Assembly (NCBI GenBank): GCA_964016885.1
Contig: OZ024760.1
Location: 9,052,001-9,116,000, forward strand
From: Eledone cirrhosa
Taxonomy: Eukaryota
Reading direction: 5' to 3'
DNA length: 64,000 nt
Shown here piece after piece: positions 44,148-57,302 of this stretch (within the stretch, counting starts at the first letter, position 1; each line of letters begins with the position of its first letter). The notes beneath the pieces are model-generated. The model was not told where the DNA came from. It worked only from the letters and a program-made list of their open reading frames with translations, and did not search any database. The position numbers and the translations under genes are program-made.

Positions 44148-44269
44148 GTAACGATATAAAGATAAACAAACTTTTTGAATTGGAAGCTGACACGAAATGT
44201 GTAATTATTGGAACTTTGTTTAAATTAATGAAACTTCAACCAAGTATCGTAAAAGAAATTAGTGAAGAG
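44148..44269 (+). CDS. POLD2: DNA polymerase delta subunit 2, exon 2
   Basis: GNDIKINKLFELEADTKCVIIGTLFKLMKLQPSIVKEISEE; AG/GT boundaries. Confidence 0.95.
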
Positions 44270-44311
44270 GTAAGTCTTTCCACATCCACCATACCTCTCT
44301 TGTTTTTCGTG

Positions 44312-45562
44312 TTAACCCTTTAGCATTTAAACCGGCTGTATCCGGCCAGAATTCTCTCATCTCTTTCTGTTCAAACTAGAAAAAAAAGGGAGGAAAATAT
44401 TACTCTTTCTTCAGAATCATTTAAAAGTTAGATTTAATTTAACAGAACATAACTTAACCCGTTATATTTCAAACCAGCCAGAATTCTCTACCACTTTCTG
44501 TTGAAACTGGCTGTAACTGGTCACTCAAACTGATGTTAAGGTATTGTTCTCAAAATAAATACTTTCAAAATCTCATAGATTCGATATTATGTGAGATAAA
44601 GCCTTTACCATGAAAATATAATAGTATATATAGAGTAATGTGAATGTTATGCGAGATAAAGCCTTTACCATGAAAATATAATATATATAGAGTAATGTGA
44701 ATGTTATGTGAGGTAAAGCCTTTACCATGAAAATATAATAGTATATATAGAGTAATGTGAATATTATGTGAGATATTGTGTGAGGTAAAGCCTTTACCAT
44801 GAAAATATAATAGAATATATAGAGTAATGTGAATATTATGTGAGATAAAGCCTTTACCATAAAAATATAATAGTATATATAGAGTAATGTGAATGTTATG
44901 TGAGATAATTATGTGAGATAAAGCCTTTACCATGAAAATATAATAGTATATATTGAGTAATGTGAATGCTAAAGGGTTAAGTCAATCCCTGCCTTGCAAA
45001 TTATGAAGTTCTGCGTAAACCTACATCTTGATATGATGGAGAAATTAACCCTTTAGCATTTAAATCGGCTGTATCCAGCCAGAATTCTCTCACCTCTTTT
45101 TGTTCAAATCAGCCATAACTGGCTGCTCATACTTATGTTAAGGTATTGTTCTCAAAATAAATAATATCAAAATCTCGTAGATTCGATATTATGTGAGATA
45201 AAGCCTTTAATGTGAAAATACAATAGTAAATATAGAGCAGTGGTTCCCAATCTTTTGTGCACCATGCCCCACCTCAACATCTAAAGCATTGTTATCTCCC
45301 CTTTGACATGAAAACAGCAATCATCAACTGCAAAATGTCAACAAATTGGTGTATAAATAATACAAAATGCACAATAACATATGGAGAAGGTGAGACAGAA
45401 GTTTCTGACAGTAATGTGCACCAAAGTTGCCTTGGTGTAAAAGTAATAATGTAAAACCTGAGGGTTGTTCTCATTAACATCATTTTGAAATTGCCCCTCT
45501 GTGGGGTGTGTGCCCCATGTTGGGAATCACTGATATAGAGTAATGTAAATGCTAAAGGGTTA
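44312..45562. mobile_element. piggyBac-type (TTAA, CCCTTTAGCATT TIR) MITE copies with an internal ~57-bp expansion
   Basis: ttaaccctttagcatt...aatgctaaagggttaa; further copies at ~27375-27950, 47373-47692, 54866-55048 and 59993-60210. Confidence 0.7.
45238..45532. mobile_element. hAT (Charlie-like) MITE nested in a TTAA-MITE
   Basis: TIR cagtggttcccaa/ttgggaatcactg with 8-bp TSD atatagag. Confidence 0.85.
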
Positions 45563-46364
45563 ACAGTTCTTTATCATCATCATATGTCTGTTTCTGTGAG
45601 TTGAATGAAGAATACAAGCATAAGTTATTCAGGTTTAACTGGCTTCTATGGGGTGGTATCTTACTGTGTAGTTTCTAGGGTGTTTTAATTAAAAGGAGTC
45701 CCAGTCTTTTCATTAAAAGCAATGTGAAATGAAGTATCTTGCTCAAGAAGACAATGCACCAACCTGTCTAGAAATTAGACCAACAACCTTATTATTATTG
45801 TAGTGCACCTGAACACTGTACACAATAATTTCATTATTATTATTATGAATCCAGCACTCTAACCACTGGGTCACATTCCTTCACAATGGCATGGGTTGGA
45901 TGGGTGATCACTGACCAATTCGGTACTTAATCAGAACTACTGACCTCCTAGACAGGACAGGCACTCCATCTCACACATGTTCCAATTTTGGCACAACTGA
46001 AGAGTCTTCTCAACACTTTGGGCACAGTTTCTACAGTTGGATGCCCTTCCTATCACCAAATGCTTTACAGTGTGTAGTGAGTACATTTTATCATGGCACC
46101 AGCAATAGAAATAGGAAACAATGGTAGCAAGGATAATGTTAGGAATTAATCATTTATCTTCCCAACAAATATATCGCCATAGTTTCATATTCACAAGAAT
46201 GCACTTTAGTTTCTTTGTCATCATCGTTTAGCATCCATTTTCCTAGCATGGGTTAGACAGGTTGTTCCATTTGAGGCAAGTCATGTCAGGCAACCGTGTC
46301 TTGCTCAACTAGAACTGTTTCTGACTTGGTTTCTATGGCTGGATTCCCTTTCTAATGCCAACCA

Positions 46365-46712
46365 CATTTACAGTGTGGTATGGGTGCTTTTTGTTGTGAC
46401 TCCTACACGACCACCTTACAGGGTGGACTGGGTGCTTTTTGTTGTGACTCCTACACGACCACCTTACAGAGTGGACTGGGTGCTTTTTGTTGTGACTCCT
46501 ACACGACCACCTTACAGGGTGGACTGGGTGTTTCTTGTTGTGACTCCTACACGACCACCTTACAGGGTGGACTGGGTGTTTTTTGTTGTGACTCCTACAC
46601 GACCACCTTACAGGGTGGACTGGGTGTTTTTTGTTGTGACTCCTACACGACCACCTTACAGGGTGGACTGGGTGCTTTTTGTTGTGACACCTACACAAAC
46701 ACTTTACAGTGT
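46365..46712 (-). repeat. 48-bp tandem array, same family as 62355-64000
   Basis: gggtgctttttgttgtgactcctacacgaccaccttacagggtggact repeated ~7 times. Confidence 0.9.
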
Positions 46713-47083
46713 TAGGGTGGTGTGAACAGAAGTGAGTGGGTGGGTGTTGTGGCATGGGAGGAGTATTGAAGGGGGTTAAGAGGTGCCTATTTGATGTATG
46801 TTTCAGTCCATGTGCATGGGAAGGCGTGTCTTCTGTATTACTGCATAACGCCAGAGATTTTGATTCTGTGTCATTGTCTTTGTACATGGTCATCTTTTAT
46901 CACCTCATCCCAGGTCTTCCTACTCCATAGTTTTATATTCACAAGAATACACTTTAGTTTCATCTTCATCGTTTATTTCCCTGTTTAAATAACAAGGAAA
47001 AGACCTTAAAAGGATGGATGTATGTTTATCTCTCTACATTTAATCCCTGATTTAACAGCTAAACCCAATACTATATTTTTCAG

Positions 47084-47207
47084 CATAACCTGTTACCTCA
47101 ACCCCTACAATCAAATTATTCCTCAGCCTCAGACCAGTTGATATTAGAAGATGAACTTCAGAGAATTAATCTTGTTGGCAAACCTGACGTCCACACCTGT
47201 TGTACAG
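47084..47207 (+). CDS. POLD2: DNA polymerase delta subunit 2, exon 3
   Basis: HNLLPQP...DQLILEDELQRINLVG...CTG. Confidence 0.95.
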
Positions 47208-48051
47208 GTAAGTTGATATATCGTTACACATATTGTACAGGTAAATATACATGGTTTGTTGATATATCTTTACACATTCTGTACAGATAAATATCTTTAC
47301 AGATGTTGTACAGGTGAGTTGGTATATGGTTATTGATGTTGTACAGGTAAATAAGGCTGAAATCAATATCTGTTAACCCTTTAGCATTTACATTACTCTA
47401 TATATACTATTATAAGGGTCGGACACCATGCTTTGCAGCATAGAGTAACGGCCCTTTACAATCTGAGTTCAAATCCCACTGAAGTTAACTTTGCCTTTCA
47501 TCCTTACGGGGTCGATAAAATAAAGCACCTGGATAATTGCTGGCCTTGTGCCTTCTCTCACATAATATTGAATCTTTGAGATTTCAATATTAATTATTTT
47601 GAGAACAATACCTTAACATCAGTATGAGCAGCCAGTTTGAACTGAAAGAGGTGCCAGAATGCTGGCCAAATATGGTTAGTTTAAAGGGTTAAGGTAAACT
47701 ATTCTCTAAGTCAATGAATTAGCAGAGTTGTTAGAGTATCTCTTGAGGTAGTTGTTCCTACAGTTTGAGTTCAAATCCCACTAAGGTCAACTTTGCTTTT
47801 CATCAATTTGGGGTTGATAAAATATGGTACCAGTCTAGGAAAGTAGATTGGCAGAATTGTTGTGGTGTCTGTTCAAAGTTGAAATTCTGACTAAAGGTTC
47901 AAACCCCAGGCTAGGGCTAATTACCCAACTGTGAGACCACAACTAATTATGAAAGCTACAATGGATAGTCAGGGTTAATTACTCAACTGTGAGACCACAA
48001 CATTAACACTAACCCGAGTAACAAAAATTTATTTTTTCCTTGGTTCATTAG

Positions 48052-48172
48052 GTTTTGTTATTGCTGTTTATGGTTATGAACCAGAAGATACTCTTGGAAA
48101 ATTTCAAGTTGAAGATTTCTGTGTCCAGAACCTTCCAATGCAGCCCCAACGTCCAATCATTGAACATGACCG
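48052..48172 (+). CDS. POLD2: DNA polymerase delta subunit 2, exon 4
   Basis: GFVIAVYGYEPEDTLGKFQVEDFC..LPMQPQRPIIEHDR. Confidence 0.93.
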
Positions 48173-48382
48173 GTTGGTACTTTTTTAAACCAATATTTCA
48201 GCTTCCATAAACGATGGTCCATTTTCCCAAGACATTGAAACGATAATTCTTCATTTTGTCCATCTTCATTGGTGCATAAAATTATCAGAAACTAGCGAAT
48301 TGTATTAGAAAGTAACTCAAAGGGAAAATTTAGCCAGTACATTATATATATATATATATTTATATATACATATATATATATT

Positions 48383-48413
<31 letters not shown>

Positions 48414-48532
48414 GTGTGTGAGTGTGTGAATGCCAACATGGAGGACAGGTGTTAAACATGTGTTCATAGTTTGTAGGCTGGGCAGATGACAAATCACAGT
48501 AAAACTCAATATTCGTTTAGGTGCAGAGTAGT

Positions 48533-50616
48533 CTATCTGGTTTACAATAGGTACACTGTATCTCTGTGTGTATCTGGTTTACAACAGGTACACTGTATCC
48601 CTGTGTATCTGGTTTACAATAGGTACACTGTATCCCTGTGTGTATCTGGTTTACAATAGGTACACTGTATCTCTGTGTATATCTGGTTTACAACAGGTAC
48701 ACTGTATCCCTGTATGTATCTGGTTTACAATAGGTACACTGTATCTCTGTGTGTACCTGGTTTACAATAGGTACACTGTATCTCTGTGTGTATCTGGTTT
48801 ACAATAGGTACACTGTATCTCTGTGTATATCTGGTTTACAATAAGTACACTGTATCCCTGTGTGTATCTGGTTTACAATAGGTACACTGTATCCCTGTGT
48901 GTATCTGGTTTACAACAGGTACACTGTATCCCTGTATATCTGGTTTACAATAGGTACACTGTATCCCTGTGTATATCTGGTTTACAATAAGTACACCGTA
49001 GCCCTGTGTATATCAGGTTTACAATAGGTACACTGTATCCCTGTGTGTATCTGGTTTACAACAGGTACACTGTATCCCTGTGTATATCTGGTTTACAATA
49101 GGTACACTGTATCCCTGTGTATATCTGGTTTACAATAAGTACACTGTAGCCCTGTGTATATCAGGTTTACAATAGGTACACTGTATCCCTGTGTATATCA
49201 GGTTTACAATAGGTACACAGTATCCCTGTGTGTATCTGGTTTACAATAGGTACACTGTATCCCTGTGTGTATCTGGTTTACAATAGCTACACTGTATCCC
49301 TGTATATATCAGGTTTACAATAGGTACACTGTATCCCTGTGTGTATCTGGTTTACAACAGGTACACTGTATCCCTGTATATCTGGTTTACAATAGGTACA
49401 CTGTATCCCTCTGTGTATCTGGTTTACAATAGGTACACTGTATCTCTGTGTGTATCTGTTTTACAATAGGTACACTGTATCCCTGTGTGTATCTGGTTTA
49501 CAATAGGTACACTGTATCCCTGTGTGTATCTGGTTTACAATAGGTACATTGTATCTCTGTGTGTATCTGTTTTACAATAGGTACACTGTATCCATGTGTG
49601 TATCTGGTTTACAATAGGTACACTGTATCTCTGTGTGTATCTGTTTTACAATAGGTACACTGTATCCCTGTGTGTATCTGGTTTACAATAGGTACACTGT
49701 ATCCCTGTGTATATCTGGTTTACAATAGGTACACTGTATCCCTGTGTGTATCTGGTTTACAACAGGTAGACTGTATCCCTCTGTGTATCTGGTTTACAAT
49801 AGGTACACTGTATCCCTGTGTATATCTGGTTTACAATAGGTACACTGTATCCCTCTGTGTATCTGGTTTACAATAGGTACACTGTATCCCTGTGTATATC
49901 TGGTTTACAATAGGTACACTGTATCCCTGTGTGTATCTGGTTTACAATAGGTACACTGTATCCCTGTGTATATCTGGTTTACAATAGGTACACTGTATCC
50001 CTGTGTGTATCTGGTTTACAACAGGTACACTGTATCCCTGTGTGTATCAGGTTTACAATAGGTACACTGTATCCCTGTGTGTATCTGGTTTACAACAGGT
50101 ACACTGTATCTCTGTGTGTATCTGGTTTACAACAGGTACACTGTATCTCTGTGTGTATCTGGTTTACAATAAGTACACTGTATCCCTCTGTGTATCTGGT
50201 TTACAATAGGTACACTGTATCTCTGTGTGTATCAGGTTTACAATAGGTACACTGTATCCCTGTGTGTATCTGGTTTATAATAGGTACACTGTATCCTTGT
50301 GTGTATCAGGTTTATAATAGGTACACTGTATCCCTGTGTGTATCTGGTTTACAATAGGTACACTGTATCCCTGTGTGTATCTGGTTTACAATAGGTACAC
50401 TGTATCTCTGTGTATATCTGGTTTACAATAGGTACACTGTATCTCTGTGTATATCTGGTTTACAATAGGTACACTGTATCTCTGTGTATATCTGGTTTAC
50501 AATAGGTACACTGTATCCCTGTGTATATCTGGTTTACAATAGGTACACTGTATCCCTGTGTGTATCTGGTTTACAATAGGTACACTGTATCCCTGTGTGT
50601 ATCTGGTTTACAACAG
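48533..50616. repeat. 37-bp minisatellite (~56 copies), POLD2 intron 4
   Basis: tgtgtgtatctggtttacaataggtacactgtatccc. Confidence 0.95.
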
Positions 50617-50976
50617 ATATATCTCTTTCTCACTTCCATTCTCTCACTCTCTTTCCTCTGGAAAAATTCTGCTGTGTTCAGACTTGTAGATGAGACGGGC
50701 TGCGGCAGGTTTAAAATGCCCTAGAAACACTGTATGTAAATATGGTGCCCCTGCAACTCCATCAGCAGTTACATGTCTAAGAAAAGAGAAGAATTGTTTT
50801 TACTAAATCCCTCCAAATTCTTTCATTAGAAATAAGGTAGCTAAAAGGTTGAGGTTGTATTTTAATTATATAAATATATGATTTGATATCCCAGTTAACA
50901 TTCTGTTAGTATTGTAGTCTCTATATAAACTTAAGTGATTTCTGTCTGTCCTTCCATCACACACCAGAGTTGACAG

Positions 50977-51243
50977 AGGGAGGAAGGGGTGATGATGTCA
51001 CGCACTCGAGATGACTGAGGGAGGAAGGGGTGATGACGTCACGCACTCGAGATGACTGAGGAAGGAAGGGGTGATGACGTCACGCACTCGAGATGACTGA
51101 GGAAGGAAGGGGTGATGACGTCACATACCAGAGATGATTGAGGAAGGAAAGGGTGATGACGTCACGCACTAGAGATGACTGAGGAAGGAAGGTGTGATGG
51201 TGTCACGCACTCGAGATGATTGAGGAAGGAAGGGGGTGATGAC
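50977..51243. repeat. 41-bp tandem repeat containing TGACGTCA
   Basis: gaggaaggaaggggtgatgacgtcacgcactcgagatgact repeated ~6.5 times. Confidence 0.9.
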
Positions 51244-51357
51244 AAACTACAGAAAACAGCATCTAACATTCACTACACTTGTGTGTACAACCTACATACA
51301 TACATCAACATATTAAACAGAGTTCTAGTTAGAATAAAATTTGAATATATTTCACAG

Positions 51358-51553
51358 ATATGTGGCAATATTGTCTGGCTTGGAAATTGGTGGAAAGCAT
51401 GAGAAACAGTTTCAGCTGCAGATGGTATTGGATCTGATCAGTGGCAAACTGGGCAGTGTCTACCAACAGGAAGAAAATTCCAGGATTGTCCGTGTCATTG
51501 TAGCTGGGAACTCTCTCAGTAAGGACACCCAAGACAGGGATTCTATTAGTAAA
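51358..51553 (+). CDS. POLD2: DNA polymerase delta subunit 2, exon 5
   Basis: YVAILSGLEIGG...QMVLDLISGKLG...IVRVIVAGNSLS...SK|gtaagt. Confidence 0.96.
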
Positions 51554-52412
51554 GTAAGTATTGATAATGGTTAGTATAGTGTTAATAATGGTTAGTGTAG
51601 TGTTAATAATGGTTAATGTAGTGTTAATAATGGTTACTATAGTGTTAATAATGGTTAGTGTAGTGTTAATAATGGTTAATATAGTGTTAATAATGGTTAG
51701 TATAGTGTTAATAATGGTTAATATAGTGTTAATAATGGTTAGTGTAGTGTTAATAATGGTTAGTGTAGTGTTAATAATGGTTAATATAGTGCTAATAATG
51801 GTTAGTATAGTGTTAATAATGGTTAATATAGTGTTAATAATGGTTAGTGTAGTGTTAATAATGGTTAGTATAGTGTTAATAATGGTTAGTGTAGTGTTAA
51901 TAATGGTTAGTGTAGTGTTAATAATGGTTAGTATAGTGTTAATAATGGTTAGTGTAGTGTTAATAATGGTTAGTGTAGTGTTAATAATGGTTAGTATAGT
52001 GTTAATAATGGTTAGTGTAGTGTTAATAATGGTTAGTATAGTGTTAATAATGGTTAGTGTAGTGTTAATAATGGTTAGTATAGTGTTAATAATGGTTAGT
52101 GTAGTGTTAATAATGGTTAGTGTAGTGTTAATAATGATTACTATATTGTTAATAATGGTTAGTATAGTGTTAATGGTTAGTATAGTGTTAATAATGGTTA
52201 CTATAGTATTAATAACGGTTAGTATAGTGTTAATAATGGTTAGTCTAGTGCTAATAATGGTTAGTCTAGTGCTAATAATGGTTAGTCTAGTGCTAATAAT
52301 GGTTAGTGTAATGTTAACGGTTAGTATAGTGTTAATAATGGTTAGTATAGTATTAATAACAGTATAGTGTTAATAATAGTTAGTATAGTATTAATAACAG
52401 TTAGTATAGTAT
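51554..52412. repeat. 21-bp minisatellite starting at the exon 5 donor
   Basis: gttagt(a/g)tagtgttaataatg repeated ~40 times. Confidence 0.95.
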
Positions 52413-52414
52413 TC

Positions 52415-52519
52415 ATACACAATAACAATATATAAACAAACGTATTTATTTCACGAGGCTCAATAAGGAGAATAAGAACCCTAGAGCAAATCCCGAGCAA
52501 CGCCGGGCCATTCTGCTAG
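52415..52519 (+). mobile_element. Helitron-like 3' terminus
   Basis: Subterminal hairpin cccgagcaacgccggg followed ~9 nt later by CTAG|T. Confidence 0.6.
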
Positions 52520-52724
52520 TAATTACTATAGTTAGACTGAAGTGATGGAAAGGTAAATGAAATATATATTTAAGTGAAAATATCTGAGGTGTTCCGAGAG
52601 ACAGAAAACGTACTGTAAATTCTATTAATTTATGTTTTATACTGTAAATTCTATTATATTTTCAGTTAGGTGTCATTATATTCTGTTTATAAGAAGTTAA
52701 AATGTTCCCAATTTCTATTGACAG

Positions 52725-52805
52725 GCGAAATATTTAACCCGCAACACTGCAGCTCGGAGTGTAAATGCTATGAAGAACCTGGACGATATCTTACTACAAT
52801 TAGTG
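52725..52805 (+). CDS. POLD2: DNA polymerase delta subunit 2, exon 6
   Basis: AKYLTRNTAARSVNAMKNLDDILLQLV. Confidence 0.94.
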
Positions 52806-52941
52806 GTTTGTAAAATATAGAAACTTTTTATGGTTATTGTTGTTTGCCTCTAAGTAAAGTCTACAGTTTCTATCTACCAAATTTTTTTGGTTAACAGACA
52901 CTGTAAGGAAGGCCATCATATATATAAAGGTGTGTGTATAT

Positions 52942-52987
<46 letters not shown>

Positions 52988-53647
52988 TGAGAGCTTGAAA
53001 GGAAAAAGATGGTAGCTCTTCTGACTTTTGATTTCACTTGACATAGACGGTTGTGAGATCATAGCATTAGTTATCTCCCCTTGGTCGTGTAGCGCCATCA
53101 TTCTGTTGCGAGGAAGAATTGTCATTTCTAGATTGTTGCTTAGCCCTAGGTTAGCCTTTCATTAATGCCATTCCAACCATGACTATTCCGTCTCTCATAA
53201 TTTAATGTTTTCCTTCCATATTTAGAATGCTAGATTGTGATTTCAAGAGATATTTGGCTGGTGTTTCTAGCAGGTGAACGCTTCCTCATGAATGTGTGTT
53301 GTCTGTCTCAAGACCGGATGCTCATTAGGCCAGTGGTTATCCCAGTTACCATGACCATAATCAACTGAGAGGACAAGACTACCCCCCCTGGACAGGACGC
53401 CAGTCCATCGCAGGGTTAAACCCCCAGCTATTGCTGGTACTCATTTTCAGCTGTGTATACTTGAGCAACATGAATGAAATGAAGTGTTTTGTTCAAGAAC
53501 ACAACACACAACCCAGTCAAGTGAGCCTATAACATTATGATCACAAGTCCAACACCCTTACCACTAGGCCACATGCCTCCACTATGTGTGTTGTTTGTGA
53601 GAGGGAGTAATTATGTTGTGTAGTTGAACAATACACAAATAATGTAG

Positions 53648-54022
53648 AGCAGGATGACAGTTAAGGAAGAGATGGGATGAGAGACAGGGGGGCAGGGACA
53701 GTTGACATAGTGCAGAGGGCAGAGACAGTTGGTGTGTAGTGCAGGGTGACAGTTAAAGAAGAGGTGCGATGAGAGACAGGGGAGAAGGGACAGTTGGTGT
53801 GTAGTGCAGAGGGCAGGGACAGATGGTGTGTAGTGCAGGGTGACAGTTAAGGAAGAGATGGGATGAGAGACAGAGGGCAGGGACAGATGGTGTGTAGTGC
53901 AGGGTGACAGTTAAGGAAGAGATGGGATGAGAGACAGAGGGCAGGGACAGATGGTGTGTAGTGCAGGGTGACAGTTAAGGAAGAGATGGGATGAGAGACA
54001 GAGGGCAGGGACAGTTGGTGTG
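53648..54022. repeat. ~64-bp purine-rich tandem repeat before exon 7
   Basis: gtgcagggtgacagttaaggaagagatgggatgagagacagagggcagggacagatggtgtgta. Confidence 0.85.
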
Positions 54023-54098
54023 TGGGTTGGGGCAAATAGAGAATTATTTCAGTTTTGTTGATAGAAATTGTATTATTGTTGTGATTATATATTTACAG

Positions 54099-54256
54099 AC
54101 TAGTGTTAATGTTGATTTAATGCCTGGTGAATTTGACCCTGCTAACTATTCATTGCCGCAACAACCACTCCACCACTGTATGTTTCCAAACAGTCATTCC
54201 TACAATACATTACACCTGGTGACCAACCCTTACGAATGTACCATTGAAGGTACCAG
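54099..54256 (+). CDS. POLD2: DNA polymerase delta subunit 2, exon 7
   Basis: [30 protein letters not shown]...[13 protein letters not shown]. Confidence 0.97.
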
Positions 54257-54319
54257 GTAAGTTAGCTCAGTCTACTAAGCTGTAAACAGATACCAACTAT
54301 AACAATGTTTTTTGCTATG

Positions 54320-54670
54320 TACACGATAGAAGACGTCTGGCCAGTTGGTGTGGTTTACTTAGGACTTTATCATGGTCAAGATACACCATAGAAGGTGTCT
54401 GGTCAGTTGGTGTGGTTTACTTAGGACTTTATCATGGTCAAGATACACCATAGAAGGTGTCTGGTCAATTGGTGTGGTTTACTTAGGACTTTATCGTGGT
54501 CAAGATACACCATAGAAGGTGTCTGGTCAATTGGTGTGGTTTACTTAGGACTTTATCGTGGTCAAGATACACCATAGAAGGTGTCTGGTCAGTTGGTGTG
54601 GTTTAATTAGGACTTTATCATGGTCAAGATACACCATAGAAGGTGTCTGGTCAGTTGGTGTAGTTTACCA
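54320..54670. repeat. 61-bp tandem repeat after exon 7 (~5.5 copies)
   Basis: gaaggtgtctggtcagttggtgtggtttacttaggactttatcatggtcaagatacaccata. Confidence 0.9.
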
Positions 54671-55734
54671 AGGACTCTACCATACTGTAGATCAGAAATC
54701 TGACATTGACCTGCAAACAACTTTTCTATGTCTGGTAGCAGAACAATTTTTGTGACTAATATTTTCCTAAAACTTGGTGATTTGTCCTTGTTTAATAATA
54801 TTTATAGTACAGTTTATTGTAATTTACCCCTGAAATACAATAAAATGGGGAAAAATGGAAACAGAATTAACTCTTTAGCATTTACATTACTATTGTATTT
54901 TTGTTGTAAAGGCTTTATCTCACAGAATATCAAATCTATGAGATTTTGATATTATTTATTTTGAGAACAATACCTTAACATCAGTATGAACAGAAAGAGG
55001 TGAGAGAATTATGGCCAGATATAACCGGTTTAAATGCTAACGGGTTAAAGAAAATTTGTCCCCTATATTTTGTGCTAATTCCCATATCCCACTTAATATC
55101 ATATGTGTATATTTTGATGAAACAAATAATAAATTGCATTATATCTGGTAGAAATCAAACCCCTTCCCCAGATCATAGTGGCCATTTTGAGTTCTTGAGT
55201 TTCAGACCCTTGGTCTAGAGAAACTATTGAAAATGTCTAGCTCAATCTATTTAACTGTAAATAGGTACCTGGTGAAAGATAACTCCCACTGCAGTAGAAA
55301 TTGATTAGCAGTCTGTGAATCATATAAAAACCACAAATTAAAGTCTGTAGCAAACCCAGAAGTTCAACTGGAGATAATTCCAGTTTTGTGAGGTTTTAAG
55401 TAACTAGGAAGACAGCACTAGTTCATTGCAAGCTTAATCCACAGACATTGCTACTGGTAATAATTTGTTGAGGTTAGTGAACTAGAACAGCAGGAAGGAC
55501 ACAACATCCCAGCCCAGGGATTGAACCAATAGCCTTATAATCAAGAGATGAACACTATAACCACTAGACCGTGTACTTTCACATCTGGATGTTGTGTGTA
55601 GTTCAGTACTCAAACTCAGATGGGAGTCCCACAATATATTGGTCAGTCATTCCAGCCATTGGAAGCTGGCTGTAATTGTGATTCTGTGTTTGGTCAGTGA
55701 AATGTTAGTGTAATAACTTTTGGTGTTGTTTCAG

Positions 55735-55862
55735 ATTTTTGTTGACCAGTGGTCAGACATTAGATAACATTGCCCAGTACAGCCAACTGAGTGACCCAAT
55801 AGAGATCCTCGAGAAAACCTTAAAATGGGGGCACTTAGCACCTACAGCTCCAGATACCTTAG
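55735..55862 (+). CDS. POLD2: DNA polymerase delta subunit 2, exon 8
   Basis: FLLTSGQTLDNIAQYS..DPIEILEKTLKWGHLAPTAPDTL. Confidence 0.97.
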
Positions 55863-56073
55863 GTAAGAAACTTTAACTCCCTTCTCTCTCTCTCTCTTTC
55901 AGGTATGGCTGTGTGGTTAACAAGATAACTTAACAATCATGAGGTCACATGTTCTATCTATCCCACTACTTGACAGCTTTTGAAAGTGTCTTAGTGTCTT
56001 CTATAACTTCTATTACCTTAAGGCTGAAACTGATAGTACACAGAAATTGTAATAAGCCTGTAAGAGCAACATG

Positions 56074-56145
<72 letters not shown>

Positions 56146-56649
56146 AACATTAAAAAAGATGCTGATATTACATGAATCGTTTATTCATTATAATTATTTC
56201 AATGGTTCACTTATGCAATCCAAGATGTAACATATGCATTGTTGTTGGTATGGGAACGATATCTTCAGATGAAAATCCGATTGTGATATGCTGCAGGCAA
56301 AAAAAAAGCCTGTCCTTTCTCTTATGTGCCGAGCACAGACCGGTATGAGCAAGACATGGTCACCTGACCTAGGATTGCCCACAACAGGACAGCTCGTCTA
56401 ACTCATGCTAGCGTGGAAAATGGACTTAAGATGGAGGTATTGAGATGACCCTTCAGTTGTGTTAAGGACATGATAGCCTCCCTAGTGCTGCTGATCTACA
56501 CGATAAACACACCCAGTACACGCTGTAAAGTGGTTGATGATAAGAAGGACATCTAACCATAGAAAGCTTGCCAAACAAAAAGGTTGGGAGGACCCTTCAA
56601 CCTTCCCTGTGCACTTGGTAGAATGTGAAACCATACATAAACAAGATGT

Positions 56650-56935
56650 CAGATCCCTGGCTTGTCTGGGAGATCAGTAGCCTCACTTCAGTACTGATTT
56701 GATCAATGTAGACCCCTCCAAATCTTGCTAACAGTGAAAGCAGATGTTAAAACTATGATTATATATTCAATGTTGCTCTTACAATACTCCACAGATCCCT
56801 GGCTTGTCTGGGAGATCAGTAGCCTCACTTCAGTACTGATTTGATCAATGTAGACCTGTCCAAATCTTGCTAACAGTGAAAGCAGATGTTAAAACTATGA
56901 TTATATATTCAATGTTGCTCTTACAAAACTCCACA
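56650..56935. repeat. 143-bp tandem duplication before exon 9
   Basis: cagatccctggcttgtctgggag... at 56650 and 56793. Confidence 0.9.
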
Positions 56936-56991
56936 GTATTTTCACAATAACTCGACAACTGTTCTACATCTCAACTATCCCTGTTTTCCAG

Positions 56992-57093
56992 CCTGTTACC
57001 CGTTCTATGTACAAGACCCGTTCATTGTCAAAGAAACGCCCCATGTTTATGTTGCTGCCAACCAGAAAGAATTCCAGACTAAAACAATTGAAG
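56992..57093 (+). CDS. POLD2: DNA polymerase delta subunit 2, exon 9
   Basis: ACYPFYVQDPFIVKETPHVYVAANQKEFQTKTIEG. Confidence 0.96.
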
Positions 57094-57147
57094 GTATCTA
57101 TATATATTTGTTACATCTCATATATGGCTACAGTGCTGATTGAAATA

Positions 57148-57302
57148 CAGGTAAAATTCCATTATAACGAAATTTTTTTCAATCCCCGAGGTAATAACAA
57201 TCAAAAGCTCGATTTGTTTTGATCCATCTTGTTATAAAAAATGTTTTGTTACAACAAATTTATTTTATACCCCGTGAATTTCGTTATAACGGAATTTCAC
57301 TG
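57148..57302. mobile_element. Tc1/mariner-pogo-type MITE
   Basis: TA-caggtaaaattccattataacgaaat...atttcgttataacggaatttcactg-TA. Confidence 0.7.

Noticed and set aside
51561-52367. 268-aa hydrophobic (SIVLIMV)n ORF
   Set aside because: Product of a 21-bp intronic minisatellite; not in the exon 5 frame.
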